The position numbers and the translations under genes were made by a program. 64,000 bases of DNA from a virus (taxonomy: Duplodnaviria; Caudoviricetes), in IMG/VR virus record IMGVR_UViG_3300032138_000524, positions 32,001 through 96,000 of that record; one strand, written 5' to 3'. How positions within the stretch are numbered: the first letter of the stretch is position 1; the number at the start of each line of letters is the position of its first letter. The notes below the pieces were generated by a model. The model saw nothing but the letters and a program-made list of their open reading frames with translations, was not told where the DNA came from and ran no database searches. This document shows, one piece after another, positions 47,397 through 56,981 of the stretch.

Positions 47397-48642
47397 TGTA
47401 AAACACGGTGAGTATATATCTTATAATGATTATGGAAAAGTTACCAAAATAGAATGGTATACACATGGACATTTTGATTGTGAATTAGATGTTACAGATG
47501 GTGAACATTCTTATAATCACGGTGATGACCAACTTTGGCAAAAATATACTCTGATAAATGGTAAACCAGATGGTGATTGGGTTTTGTATCATTCTAATGG
47601 ACAGATGAGTATTTATAGGAAATATAAAAATGGTTCAAGAGAAGGAACTTGGAAGTCTTGGCACGATGATGGAAAACAATGGGACGAACAAACTTATGTG
47701 GATAATAAAAAAGAGGGACAATCTAAAAGGTGGAGATATGATGAAGTACCAGAATACTCAGGTCAATATAAAAATGATAAAAAAGAAGGAAAATGGACTG
47801 GATACTATGAAACTGGATTTAGAGAATATGTAGGAAAATATAAAAGTGGTAAGAGAATTGGTAAATGGACTACATATCATAATAACAAGGATAGTAAAAT
47901 ATATTCAAAAGTTTTCTTTGTTAATGATAAACAGGAAGGAGAGTATTTAGAGTATGATATTCAAGGTAATATTAAAGTGGTTGGTAATTATGAAAACGAT
48001 AAAAGAGAAGGTGACTGGAGATATAGAAGAGATGATGTAGATGAATTAAATAATGATAATTTATGGAAACGAGAACAATATAAGAATGGATTATTAGATG
48101 GTTTATATAAAGAAAAACATCCTACAGGACAAATGTGGAAAAATTATAGATATAAAAACGGAAAATTACACGGTGAATGCACAGAATATAATATGTTAGG
48201 AAACCTATCGAGTGTTAAACATTGGCTGTTAGGGACTAAGAATAGAAAATGGTGGATTTATTATTCAAACGGATCAACTAAAGAAACTTTTATATATAAG
48301 ATGGGAGTTTTGAATGGAAAGGCATTGAAATATTATCCAAATGGTCAAATTTTATCAGATAAATCGTATAAGAGTGATAAATTGAGTGGAGAGTATATAG
48401 AATATTATATGCAAGGTAGATCACGATCACAGGGAGTCATGGTAGAAGATGAGATGGACGGTAAATGGAAATTTTGGCATCATAATGGTCAAATGGAATG
48501 TGAACTTGAATGTCATCATGGAGAAATTATTGAGAGTAAAGTTTGGGATGATGAGGGCAATATAAAAGAGGAACTACAGAGAGTGAAATTGTCTGAAGAT
48601 CCTAATTTTTCAGGAAGAAAAACTACCAGAAATTTAAAATGA
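47383..48642 (+). CDS. MORN-variant repeat protein (YwqK-like)
   Basis: Many YxNGxxxGxWxxYxxNG repeats. Confidence 0.8.
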   Translation: MTNFDVKHGEYISYNDYGKVTKIEWYTHGHFDCELDVTDGEHSYNHGDDQLWQKYTLINGKPDGDWVLYHSNGQMSIYRKYKNGSREGTWKSWHDDGKQWDEQTYVDNKKEGQSKRWRYDEVPEYSGQYKNDKKEGKWTGYYETGFREYVGKYKSGKRIGKWTTYHNNKDSKIYSKVFFVNDKQEGEYLEYDIQGNIKVVGNYENDKREGDWRYRRDDVDELNNDNLWKREQYKNGLLDGLYKEKHPTGQMWKNYRYKNGKLHGECTEYNMLGNLSSVKHWLLGTKNRKWWIYYSNGSTKETFIYKMGVLNGKALKYYPNGQILSDKSYKSDKLSGEYIEYYMQGRSRSQGVMVEDEMDGKWKFWHHNGQMECELECHHGEIIESKVWDDEGNIKEELQRVKLSEDPNFSGRKTTRNLK

Positions 48643-49673
48643 AAATTAAATATAAAAAAGTTCTGAATAATGAAAGTGCAATAGAAATTGATGGAAAGGT
48701 AGTGTTGGCATTTGATCCACGATATAAAGAATATTTGAAATGGAAAAATAATAATCCTGATTTAGAAGAACTTTTAGTAGATAATTTAAAACAAGAAACA
48801 AAGAATAAAGAATTATATAATAATGGCGCACCCCATGTTAATAAAGATAAAAATGGAAAACCGATAGGTAAATGTATATTTTATTTTAAAAATGGACAGA
48901 AGAAATGGGAAGGTTATTATAAAGATTATGTTTTAGAAGGTGAAGTGATTCAGTATAGAGAAAATGGAATTTTAATATCAAAGGAGACTTTTGTAAACGG
49001 AGAAATGATAGGACCGTATGAATATTATTATAAAGATGGTAAATTAAGACAAACTGGACTTATTAAAAATCATATAAAAGAAGGAGAAATTAAATCGTAT
49101 CGACAAGATGGTAATATAAAAGTAATAGAAAATTTTAAGAATGGACTTAGAGTTGGTGATATAAAAAGATATATATCAGATGGTAAAGTGATTATGTCAG
49201 GACAATATAGTGATAATTATAAAATAGGAGAGTGGATATGGTATTATCCCAATGGACAAGCAAAGAATCGAGAAGTATATGAGATTAGAGTAGGTTTTCC
49301 TGTTCCTATATTAGTAAAGGTTACTAATTGGCTTGCAAATGGTCAAAAGATTATAGAAGATGAAAGGGCTGTGTCAATGATGGGTTCTCTTCTTGATGTT
49401 TGGAAACATACTGGTAGATATTCGAGTGGAGTTAGGAAATATGATATAACTTATCTGGATGGAAAGTTACACGGTAAGTGGGTGGGGTGGTATAACAATG
49501 GTATAAAAAGATCAGAAGGTAATATGCAATATGGTGAGATGAGCGGAAAATGGACATTTTGGTGGCCTAACGGACAAAAAGAATTAGAATGTGATTTTGA
49601 TTTTGGAAATCCTGTTGGTAGTGTAAAAATATACCATGATAGCGGTGTATTAAAGAAAAATATAAATTTTTGA
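48639..49673 (+). CDS. MORN-variant repeat protein with a distinct N-terminal domain
   Basis: N-terminal FDPRYKEYLKW domain followed by MORN repeats. Confidence 0.8.
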   Translation: MKIKYKKVLNNESAIEIDGKVVLAFDPRYKEYLKWKNNNPDLEELLVDNLKQETKNKELYNNGAPHVNKDKNGKPIGKCIFYFKNGQKKWEGYYKDYVLEGEVIQYRENGILISKETFVNGEMIGPYEYYYKDGKLRQTGLIKNHIKEGEIKSYRQDGNIKVIENFKNGLRVGDIKRYISDGKVIMSGQYSDNYKIGEWIWYYPNGQAKNREVYEIRVGFPVPILVKVTNWLANGQKIIEDERAVSMMGSLLDVWKHTGRYSSGVRKYDITYLDGKLHGKWVGWYNNGIKRSEGNMQYGEMSGKWTFWWPNGQKELECDFDFGNPVGSVKIYHDSGVLKKNINF

Positions 49674-50308
49674 AGATGAAGTATAGAAAAGTTCCAAACA
49701 ATGAAAATGCAATAGAGATTGATGGAAAAATTATTTTATCATTTGATTCACGGTACAAAGAGTATTTAAAATGGAGAGATGAAAATCCAGATTTAGAGCA
49801 ACAATTGATAGTTGAGTTAAAACGAGAAATAGAAAATAAAAGATTATATAATAATGGTGCACCACACAAGGAAGATAATGTTTGGAAGTGGTTTCATGAG
49901 AATGGACAATTAAATTTGATTTGTGAAATGAAGAATGGTAAAAAAGATGGTGTAGAAAAGGGGTTTTATGATAATGGAGATAAGATGTCTATTGTTCACT
50001 ATAAAAATGGCAAAAAACATGGAAAATTGAAATTTTATCATCAATACCAAGATTTAGTAGTTAAGAATAACAGAGTTGAAACTTACAAAGATGGTAAACT
50101 TTATGGAGAATACATTGATTATCATTTAAATAGTAAAGAAAGAGCAAAAGGTAATATGTTATATGGTATGATGGAAGGTAAATGGACATTTTGGTATCAC
50201 AATGGAAAAAAAGAATTAGAATGTAAATTTGATTTTGGAAACCTTGTTGGTAGTGCAAAAATATATCATGATAATGGTGTGTTAAAAAAAGAAGTAAGTT
50301 TTGAGTAA
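49670..50308 (+). CDS. MORN-variant repeat protein, paralog of the preceding gene
   Basis: N- and C-termini closely similar to 48639..49673, with fewer repeats. Confidence 0.8.
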   Translation: MKMKYRKVPNNENAIEIDGKIILSFDSRYKEYLKWRDENPDLEQQLIVELKREIENKRLYNNGAPHKEDNVWKWFHENGQLNLICEMKNGKKDGVEKGFYDNGDKMSIVHYKNGKKHGKLKFYHQYQDLVVKNNRVETYKDGKLYGEYIDYHLNSKERAKGNMLYGMMEGKWTFWYHNGKKELECKFDFGNLVGSAKIYHDNGVLKKEVSFE

Positions 50309-51494
50309 AAATAAATTATTGAAAATACTGAAATCAAATAATATTGATATAGAAGTATTAAAAAATAATAATGTATGTTTAATGGGTGGATCTATTTTAA
50401 GGTTAGTTATGGGATTACCATTAGATACAGATTTGGATTTTTATTTTGTAGATTATGAAAGTTATAAAAAAGTAGATAGTTACTTTAAGAATAATTTTAT
50501 GTGTATTGGAGAATCAAATTCGTGGAGAAATTATAAATGTAATGATCTAACTGTACAACTTATATGGAATAAAGACGCGGAGTGGGGAAAGGGAAGTTAT
50601 GATGATGTAGTTTCAACTTTTGATTTTACTATAACTAATGGTGGTTTTGAGTTTAAAAATGAAATATTTAGATATTCAAAAACATATTTTGATGATATAG
50701 AAAATAAAAAATTGATTCCCAATTATTGGCCCTTTAGTGATCACAATAATCATACTACTGAACAGCTACTTTTTAGAATACAAAAATTTAAGAAATTAGG
50801 ATTTAAAATTGAAAGTGATTTATTGAATAAAATTAGAAATAAACCTACAGTAACCGATGAGTTTAATCAGAGAGTAGTAAAAACAAGTTGGTTAAGGAAT
50901 GAAGAAGTTTATCCTATTGTTCCTAATATTGATGTATTTGTTAATTGGTTAATGGATATAAAAGACCATCCGAGTTTAGGTAAGTTCAATGTTTATCTAT
51001 GGGGTGGATTTATATTTCGACCATATGAAACTAAAGATATTGATGTATTAATAACAAAAAGAGATGGTCAACATGCTACACTTAAAGAACTTGAAGAATT
51101 AATGGTAGATATGTTTAATTTAGCCTATGATACTCACGGATTTTTTCTTGATACTCATTATATGAGAATACCACAATGGATTGGTGATTATCCACGAGTT
51201 AGAAAAGTTTTAAAGTTGGTAGAGAAAAAACAATTATTTATAACGATTACAAAATATGAAGATAAAGAAATAGTTTGTAAATATAGAAGATATGGGTTAT
51301 TAAATTGTTCTTATACAGGTAGTTTTACTTTACGTGGAGTAGAACCATCGAGTTTAATACATAGATGGGTAGATTTGAATGGGAATTATGCAAGAATGGT
51401 AGATTTAAGAAAGATTATAAAGTATTATGAAAATAATAGAGAAAGAAATATAGAAGATTTTTTGAATAAGTTCCAAGAATATTCAGGTTATTAG
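50301..51494 (+). CDS. Tandem Pol-beta-superfamily nucleotidyltransferase domains
   Basis: GGSILR...DTDLDFY...FDFTITN (CCA/poly(A) polymerase head-like); second YLWGG...TKDIDVL. Confidence 0.65.
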   Translation: MSKNKLLKILKSNNIDIEVLKNNNVCLMGGSILRLVMGLPLDTDLDFYFVDYESYKKVDSYFKNNFMCIGESNSWRNYKCNDLTVQLIWNKDAEWGKGSYDDVVSTFDFTITNGGFEFKNEIFRYSKTYFDDIENKKLIPNYWPFSDHNNHTTEQLLFRIQKFKKLGFKIESDLLNKIRNKPTVTDEFNQRVVKTSWLRNEEVYPIVPNIDVFVNWLMDIKDHPSLGKFNVYLWGGFIFRPYETKDIDVLITKRDGQHATLKELEELMVDMFNLAYDTHGFFLDTHYMRIPQWIGDYPRVRKVLKLVEKKQLFITITKYEDKEIVCKYRRYGLLNCSYTGSFTLRGVEPSSLIHRWVDLNGNYARMVDLRKIIKYYENNRERNIEDFLNKFQEYSGY

Positions 51495-51497
51495 AAA

Positions 51498-51923
51498 ATG
51501 AAAAAATACTTTGAATTAGCACAAAATATAGCAGATATTTTTTCTCATGATGAAAAAACAAAGGTTGGAGCAGTCATTTTAAGTAGAGAGAACCTTGACA
51601 TATTATCTGTTGGGTATAATAGGTTTTCTGATGTTGATGATGAAAAAACAATAACATTATTAAATAAATCACCGAGAAAATATAATTTAATTTTACATGC
51701 TGAACGTATGGCAATAGAAAGAGCGAAAAAATATGGTTTACCAGTAGATAATAATATAATTATAACTACACTATTCCCTTGTTGGAACTGTGCAGAATTA
51801 ATTGTTAAAAATAAATTATCAAAGGTTTTTACTTATAAAAGACCACTCAGGGGATCTTGGTGGGATGATGAGCCTGTTTTAAAGTTATTTAAAAATAATA
51901 AATTGGAGATATATTATGATTAG
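51498..51923 (+). CDS. dCMP deaminase
   Basis: KVGAVI, SVGYN, HAE, PCWNC. Confidence 0.8.
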   Translation: MKKYFELAQNIADIFSHDEKTKVGAVILSRENLDILSVGYNRFSDVDDEKTITLLNKSPRKYNLILHAERMAIERAKKYGLPVDNNIIITTLFPCWNCAELIVKNKLSKVFTYKRPLRGSWWDDEPVLKLFKNNKLEIYYD

Positions 51924-52833
51924 TTTTATTATACCTTTTTCTACGATAGAAAAAGATAAATTTTTAAACTTAAATGAAAAAGATTCTATATGGGAAGAAA
52001 ATGATTCTGCTAGTATAATTTTTTCTACAATAAAGACTATTAAGAATATTAATACTCTTAAATGTGAAAAGGAAATTTTATTAGTAGATAATAGTCATAC
52101 ATTTCCCGATATAGACTTACCAAATGTGAGAGTAATTAAAGGATTACAAGCGCTTCCACTCAAAGAACTTGAGAAGATTCCACAATTTATGAACCATAGG
52201 GATATACAGTTAAGTTTGGATAATCTTGGTTGTTTGACTATGTGGGTATCTATGGCTTTTCACTTGGGAATACAAAAGTCAAAGGGCGATTATATTGTTC
52301 TACAACATAATGATACTTTTTATCATCAAGATTGTATTGATGAAATGATTGAACATATGGATAAAGAAGAACTCGAATATATTTCAGTCGATAATAAAAA
52401 AATATGGATTTCAACTTATCTTTTAAATAAAGAATTTTTGGATAAATATATTAAAGAGTATTCTTCACAGCCAGTAGTAATACGACCAGAAAATGGAGGA
52501 TATATAGGAACTAAAAAAATTGGATTTGCAGATGCGTATTTTTTCTTGTGTAAGAGAAAGTTCTTTGATAATTATAATATAGACTGGTATTATGGAGATA
52601 CCAATCATGGTGCAACTATTTATTGTCTTGATAATGATTTAAAATATCTTCATTTGGGTCCTTATTATGATAATCCAAATTGGGAAACAGAAGATACGTT
52701 ACATACATATTTCTATAAGGATGAGCCATTTCTAACTCATCTTAAAGGTGGATTTTCAGAACATAAGATGACATCACCTGATTTTGAAGAAGAATTTAAT
52801 AAATATTTAAAGGAATTAAAAAGTGCAAATTGA
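51916..52833 (+). CDS. GT2-like glycosyltransferase
   Basis: ISFIIP, EILLVDN, GDYIVLQHND. Confidence 0.65.
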   Translation: MISFIIPFSTIEKDKFLNLNEKDSIWEENDSASIIFSTIKTIKNINTLKCEKEILLVDNSHTFPDIDLPNVRVIKGLQALPLKELEKIPQFMNHRDIQLSLDNLGCLTMWVSMAFHLGIQKSKGDYIVLQHNDTFYHQDCIDEMIEHMDKEELEYISVDNKKIWISTYLLNKEFLDKYIKEYSSQPVVIRPENGGYIGTKKIGFADAYFFLCKRKFFDNYNIDWYYGDTNHGATIYCLDNDLKYLHLGPYYDNPNWETEDTLHTYFYKDEPFLTHLKGGFSEHKMTSPDFEEEFNKYLKELKSAN

Positions 52834-53743
52834 ACATACCTTATGGGTAGAAAAATATAGGCCCATATCACTTGATACTTACATTGGAAATGAACATCTA
52901 AAAAGTAAGGTTAAAGTGTATTTGGAGAGTGGAGATTTACCACACCTTTTACTTTTTGGGAAGGCTGGTACAGGTAAGACTACTCTCGCAAAATTACTTG
53001 TTAATAACATAGATTGTGATCACTTGTATATAAATGCATCAGATGAGAATAGTGTAGATACGGTTAGGGATAAGGTTAAGAGTTTTGCATCTACACTTGG
53101 TTTCAAGGATATGAAAATTGTTATATTGGATGAGTGTGATTATATTACACCAAACGCTCAAGCTGCATTAAGAAACCTAATGGAAACATTCAGTAAACAT
53201 TGTAGGTTTATATTGACTTGTAATTTTGTAGAAAGAATTATTGACCCGATACAATCTCGATGTCAATCTTTTCAGGTTATTCCACCCGATAGGAAACAAG
53301 TTGCAATTCACCTTAGTAATATATTGACAAGTGAGAATGTAGAAAGTGAAGTTAGTGATATTGCACTTTTAGTGAATAGTGGATATCCCGATATAAGACG
53401 AGTTATCAATTCTGCACAACGACAATCTATTGATGGTAAATTGACAATAGATAAACAGAGTATAGTAGAGAATGATTATAAATTAAAGTTATTAGAGATA
53501 TTAAAGAAACAAGATAAAGCAAGTGCATTTAAAAATATCCGACAGTTATTGGCAGATAGTCAAGTTAAGGATTATGCAGACTTATTTAGACTACTATATG
53601 ATGAAGTAGATAGTTATGGTAAGGGACATATAGCTGAATGTATCTTGGTTATAGCAAAGTATGAATTAAGTGATAGTCAGGTAGTTGATAAAGAAATCAA
53701 TGCTATGGCTATGATAATAGAATTATTAGGAGTTATAAAATGA
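52823..53743 (+). CDS. Clamp loader ATPase subunit (gp44/RFC-small-like)
   Basis: LWVEKYRP, GKAGTGKTT, INASDE, ILDECD, AQAALR, IQSRC. Confidence 0.92.
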   Translation: MQIEHTLWVEKYRPISLDTYIGNEHLKSKVKVYLESGDLPHLLLFGKAGTGKTTLAKLLVNNIDCDHLYINASDENSVDTVRDKVKSFASTLGFKDMKIVILDECDYITPNAQAALRNLMETFSKHCRFILTCNFVERIIDPIQSRCQSFQVIPPDRKQVAIHLSNILTSENVESEVSDIALLVNSGYPDIRRVINSAQRQSIDGKLTIDKQSIVENDYKLKLLEILKKQDKASAFKNIRQLLADSQVKDYADLFRLLYDEVDSYGKGHIAECILVIAKYELSDSQVVDKEINAMAMIIELLGVIK

Positions 53744-53913
53744 GAAGATTTCCCCCAGAACCAAAGACAAGGGATGATCATATTTGGGAATTAGAAAATC
53801 AATTATTTGATTTATTTCCACTTTGTAAAGATAAAGATAAGGCAAGTAGATTGTTAAATGAGATTATTCAACATTTAGTTATTAGAACTGATAATATATT
53901 TAAGGGAGCGTAA
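53740..53913 (+). CDS. 57-aa hypothetical protein (not in the ORF track)
   Basis: MRRFPPEPKTRDDHIWELE...FKGA*; ATGA-coupled to the clamp loader and fills the gap. Confidence 0.55.
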   Translation: MRRFPPEPKTRDDHIWELENQLFDLFPLCKDKDKASRLLNEIIQHLVIRTDNIFKGA

Positions 53914-53914
53914 A

Positions 53915-54532
53915 ATGATAGATGAAAAGCATTGGGGTGAAAAGAAACCACCTGCTAAAAAAGACGTACAGCCACCTAATAGTGGTAAGCCAGAAAAACA
54001 TATAGCAGTTCATGAGAATAAGATTTATTATTATGCTGGTGTGAATAGGGAAAGTGCAGCAGAATTAAATAAAAAGATAGGTGAATTAGAAACTAAATGT
54101 TTAACACTATGTCATAATTTAGATTTGGAAAAACCACCAACACTTAAAGTATTGATAAATTCAGGTGGTGGTTCAATCACCGCTGGTATTTCTTCAATGG
54201 ATACTATATTAAGATGTAAAGTTCCAGTTGAAACATATGTAGATGGATTTTGTGCAAGTGCGGCAACATTTCTTTCAGTAGTTGCAAGTCATAGACTTAT
54301 GAGTAGAAATTCTTATATGTTAATTCATCAATTATCTACAAATTTTTGGGGAAAGTATTCGGAGTTTGAAGATGAAAAACAGAATCTTGATTTAATGATG
54401 GAAACGATTAAAAGGGTGTATAAGGAATTTACAAAGGTTCCCGAAAAGAAACTTGATGAAATATTGAAACATGATTTGATGTGGGATGCAGAAACTTGTT
54501 TAAAATATGGATTAATTGATGAGGTAATTTAA
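53915..54532 (+). CDS. ClpP-like protease
   Basis: INSGGGSITAG, GFCASAATFL (catalytic Ser), MLIHQ, A..CLKYGLIDEV. Confidence 0.8.
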   Translation: MIDEKHWGEKKPPAKKDVQPPNSGKPEKHIAVHENKIYYYAGVNRESAAELNKKIGELETKCLTLCHNLDLEKPPTLKVLINSGGGSITAGISSMDTILRCKVPVETYVDGFCASAATFLSVVASHRLMSRNSYMLIHQLSTNFWGKYSEFEDEKQNLDLMMETIKRVYKEFTKVPEKKLDEILKHDLMWDAETCLKYGLIDEVI

Positions 54533-55335
54533 TGAATGTATTAGTTATAGGGGATAGTTGTAAGGATGTTTTTATCTATGGAGATATAGAAAGAATAAGT
54601 CCTGAAGCACCAATACCAGTTTTTAAACCAACAAGTGAAGAATCAAATGGTGGTATGGCAAAAAATGTTGCAGATAATGTTGAATCATTAGATATGCACA
54701 TTCATACTGTAACAAATAAAAATAGTATTACAAAGATAAGATTTGTAGAAAATCGTTCCAGCCAAATGGTTTTAAGAGTTGATGAACATGATTATTGTGA
54801 TAGAATTGATGAATCTTTGTTAGAAGGTCTTGTAAAAAATAAATTTAAAAAACCACCATTTGGGTTTGATTCACGTAGAGAAGATTATTATGATGCAATT
54901 ATTATTTCAGATTATTGTAAAGGGTTTTTAGAAGAATCTGATATTCAACATATTTGTAAATATAATAAAAATGTATTCGTGGATACTAAAAAGAAACTTG
55001 GTGAATGGATTAACGATGCAGATTTTATTAAGATAAATGAGTTAGAATACCAGAAGAACCACGAACTGTTATCAGAAAATGGATTTGAAGAAAAACTTAT
55101 TGTTACATTAGGCAGTAAAGGATGTAGATACAATGGAAAAGATTTTCCAGTAAAAGAAGTTCCTGTAAAGGATGTGAGTGGAGCAGGAGATACATTTATT
55201 GCAGGATTAGTTCGTGGTTATTTAGATACACAAGATATAGAAAGTGCAATAGAATTTGCACAAAAATGTACAACATTTGTTGTCCAACAACATGGTGTTG
55301 CAACAGTTACATTAAAGGAGATAGAAAATGGCTAA
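54532..55335 (+). CDS. PfkB-family heptose-7-phosphate kinase (RfaE/HldE kinase domain)
   Basis: LVIGD...RISPEAPIPV, GGMAKNVA, ISDYCKG, DVSGAGDTF. Confidence 0.85.
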   Translation: MNVLVIGDSCKDVFIYGDIERISPEAPIPVFKPTSEESNGGMAKNVADNVESLDMHIHTVTNKNSITKIRFVENRSSQMVLRVDEHDYCDRIDESLLEGLVKNKFKKPPFGFDSRREDYYDAIIISDYCKGFLEESDIQHICKYNKNVFVDTKKKLGEWINDADFIKINELEYQKNHELLSENGFEEKLIVTLGSKGCRYNGKDFPVKEVPVKDVSGAGDTFIAGLVRGYLDTQDIESAIEFAQKCTTFVVQQHGVATVTLKEIENG

Positions 55336-55648
55336 AAGAAAAGCACCACCCCAACCACAAACAGAAGTTCAAGTGGATTTACAAAAGGCGGATACTATAA
55401 AATGTGATGATTGTGGAAATTATCTTTTCATTACATCACACGTAATTAAAAGGATTTCGCCAATTTTATCACCAACGGGTAAAGAAGCACTTGTACCAGT
55501 TCAAGTTTATAGTTGTGGTAATTGTGGTAAAGTTCCGAAGATGTTTTTAGAAGGGAGTGGATTGGGTTTAGATGAAGAAATCAATAAACCAAAAGAAGAT
55601 GCACTTTCACGACCAGATTTAGAATGGGCCGACAGTAAAGGAATTTAG
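55328..55648 (+). CDS. Zn-ribbon hypothetical protein
   Basis: CDDCG...CGNCG. Confidence 0.6.
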   Translation: MAKRKAPPQPQTEVQVDLQKADTIKCDDCGNYLFITSHVIKRISPILSPTGKEALVPVQVYSCGNCGKVPKMFLEGSGLGLDEEINKPKEDALSRPDLEWADSKGI

Positions 55649-56376
55649 TGATTAAAAAACTCTATACCATTGGAGACAGTTGGACATATGGAGATGAATT
55701 AGAAAATCCTGAAACAGAATGTTATCCGTATTTGTTATCACAGGAGTTTAATTGTGAACTTATAAATAAGGCAATATGTGGAGGCCCCAACGATTGGATG
55801 TTTAGAAAAACAATAGAATGGGTTTGTAGTCAAGAAAATCTTGATGATGTGATTGTGATTGTGGGTTGGAGTCCAGTAAATCGTAGAGAAGAAAATTATA
55901 AAACTTATCACGGAGCATATCAAGATGATGAAATAGATAAATTTATTTTTAGTAAGTTATCAAATAATGAATTAGAACATTATAAGTCAATTTGTTATAT
56001 GATTTCCTTACAGGAGTTTTTAAAATCTAAAAATGTGAAGTATTTATTTTATCAGTCGTGGTATGATATACTTGATTGTGAAGAAAAATTACTTAGGGGT
56101 AGACAACAACAAGAGAGAATGAAATGGTTATTTAAGAATGATGTCAGAGATGATTATGATAAGAGTTGTTATACTAATGAATTAACAATTGGTAAAATTA
56201 TAGATAAAGTTGATAAAAAATATGTAGTAGGTCCATCGGTAGATGATGTTAAACGAATAATGAGTGGTATTTATGGTAGAAATAAAGATGGTAAGAAAAA
56301 AATGCATCCTAATAAAAATGACCATAAAGTGATGTGTGAATTTATTAAGGAAAAGTTAATGGAGTTATATTCATGA
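55648..56376 (+). CDS. SGNH/GDSL-hydrolase-like protein
   Basis: IGDSWTYG, N.AICGG.N, VGWS, C-terminal HP...H. Confidence 0.65.
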   Translation: MIKKLYTIGDSWTYGDELENPETECYPYLLSQEFNCELINKAICGGPNDWMFRKTIEWVCSQENLDDVIVIVGWSPVNRREENYKTYHGAYQDDEIDKFIFSKLSNNELEHYKSICYMISLQEFLKSKNVKYLFYQSWYDILDCEEKLLRGRQQQERMKWLFKNDVRDDYDKSCYTNELTIGKIIDKVDKKYVVGPSVDDVKRIMSGIYGRNKDGKKKMHPNKNDHKVMCEFIKEKLMELYS

Positions 56377-56972
56377 TTGATCTTGAAAATATATCGTTAG
56401 ATATATCCAATTCTTGGGTAGCAAACAATATGTTAACTGATGCGAATAGAGGAACTTTTGTTGCTTTTGATTGGAGAAAAGAAGAAGGAGAATATTATTT
56501 AACTGAAATTAATACTAATATCGATTTGGGTATATTTGAATGTGAATATTTTAAATTTGATGTCTTTATAAAATTTTTAAAAGAGAACAATTTTAACTTC
56601 GTGTTGGGATTAAGAAACAATGATTTTTTTAATAATCCATCAGAGGAATGGACAGATAAATTAAAGGAATCATTAGAATCTAATGAAATGGAGTATGATG
56701 AATATATAACAGATAAATGGCCAAGTCCTATTCCAGACTTTGATGTACCAGATAATGTTTTTGTTCTAAGATATGCATATGACGAATACTGTAAGGTAGA
56801 TAAACTTGCATCATCATCATATTCATTTAAAAGTTGGATAGAAAAGAGTTATTGGAGTGGATACTATAAAAAAATTGAATCTGAAGAAGTAGTAAGAGTT
56901 ACAGTTTTTTGTAGTATGATAGAAAATTTTATTTTAAAGGGAAGAACCTATAAGATGTTGTTTAAAAAATAA
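56373..56972 (+). CDS. Hypothetical protein, possibly a divergent ATP-grasp fragment
   Basis: AFDW...YYLTEINTN. Confidence 0.4.
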   Translation: MIDLENISLDISNSWVANNMLTDANRGTFVAFDWRKEEGEYYLTEINTNIDLGIFECEYFKFDVFIKFLKENNFNFVLGLRNNDFFNNPSEEWTDKLKESLESNEMEYDEYITDKWPSPIPDFDVPDNVFVLRYAYDEYCKVDKLASSSYSFKSWIEKSYWSGYYKKIESEEVVRVTVFCSMIENFILKGRTYKMLFKK

Positions 56973-56981
56973 AAGGATACA

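Noticed and set aside
47383-50308. Diversity-generating retroelement TR/VR pair among the MORN paralogs
   Set aside because: No reverse transcriptase in the window, and the differences are not adenine-specific; tandem duplication is sufficient.
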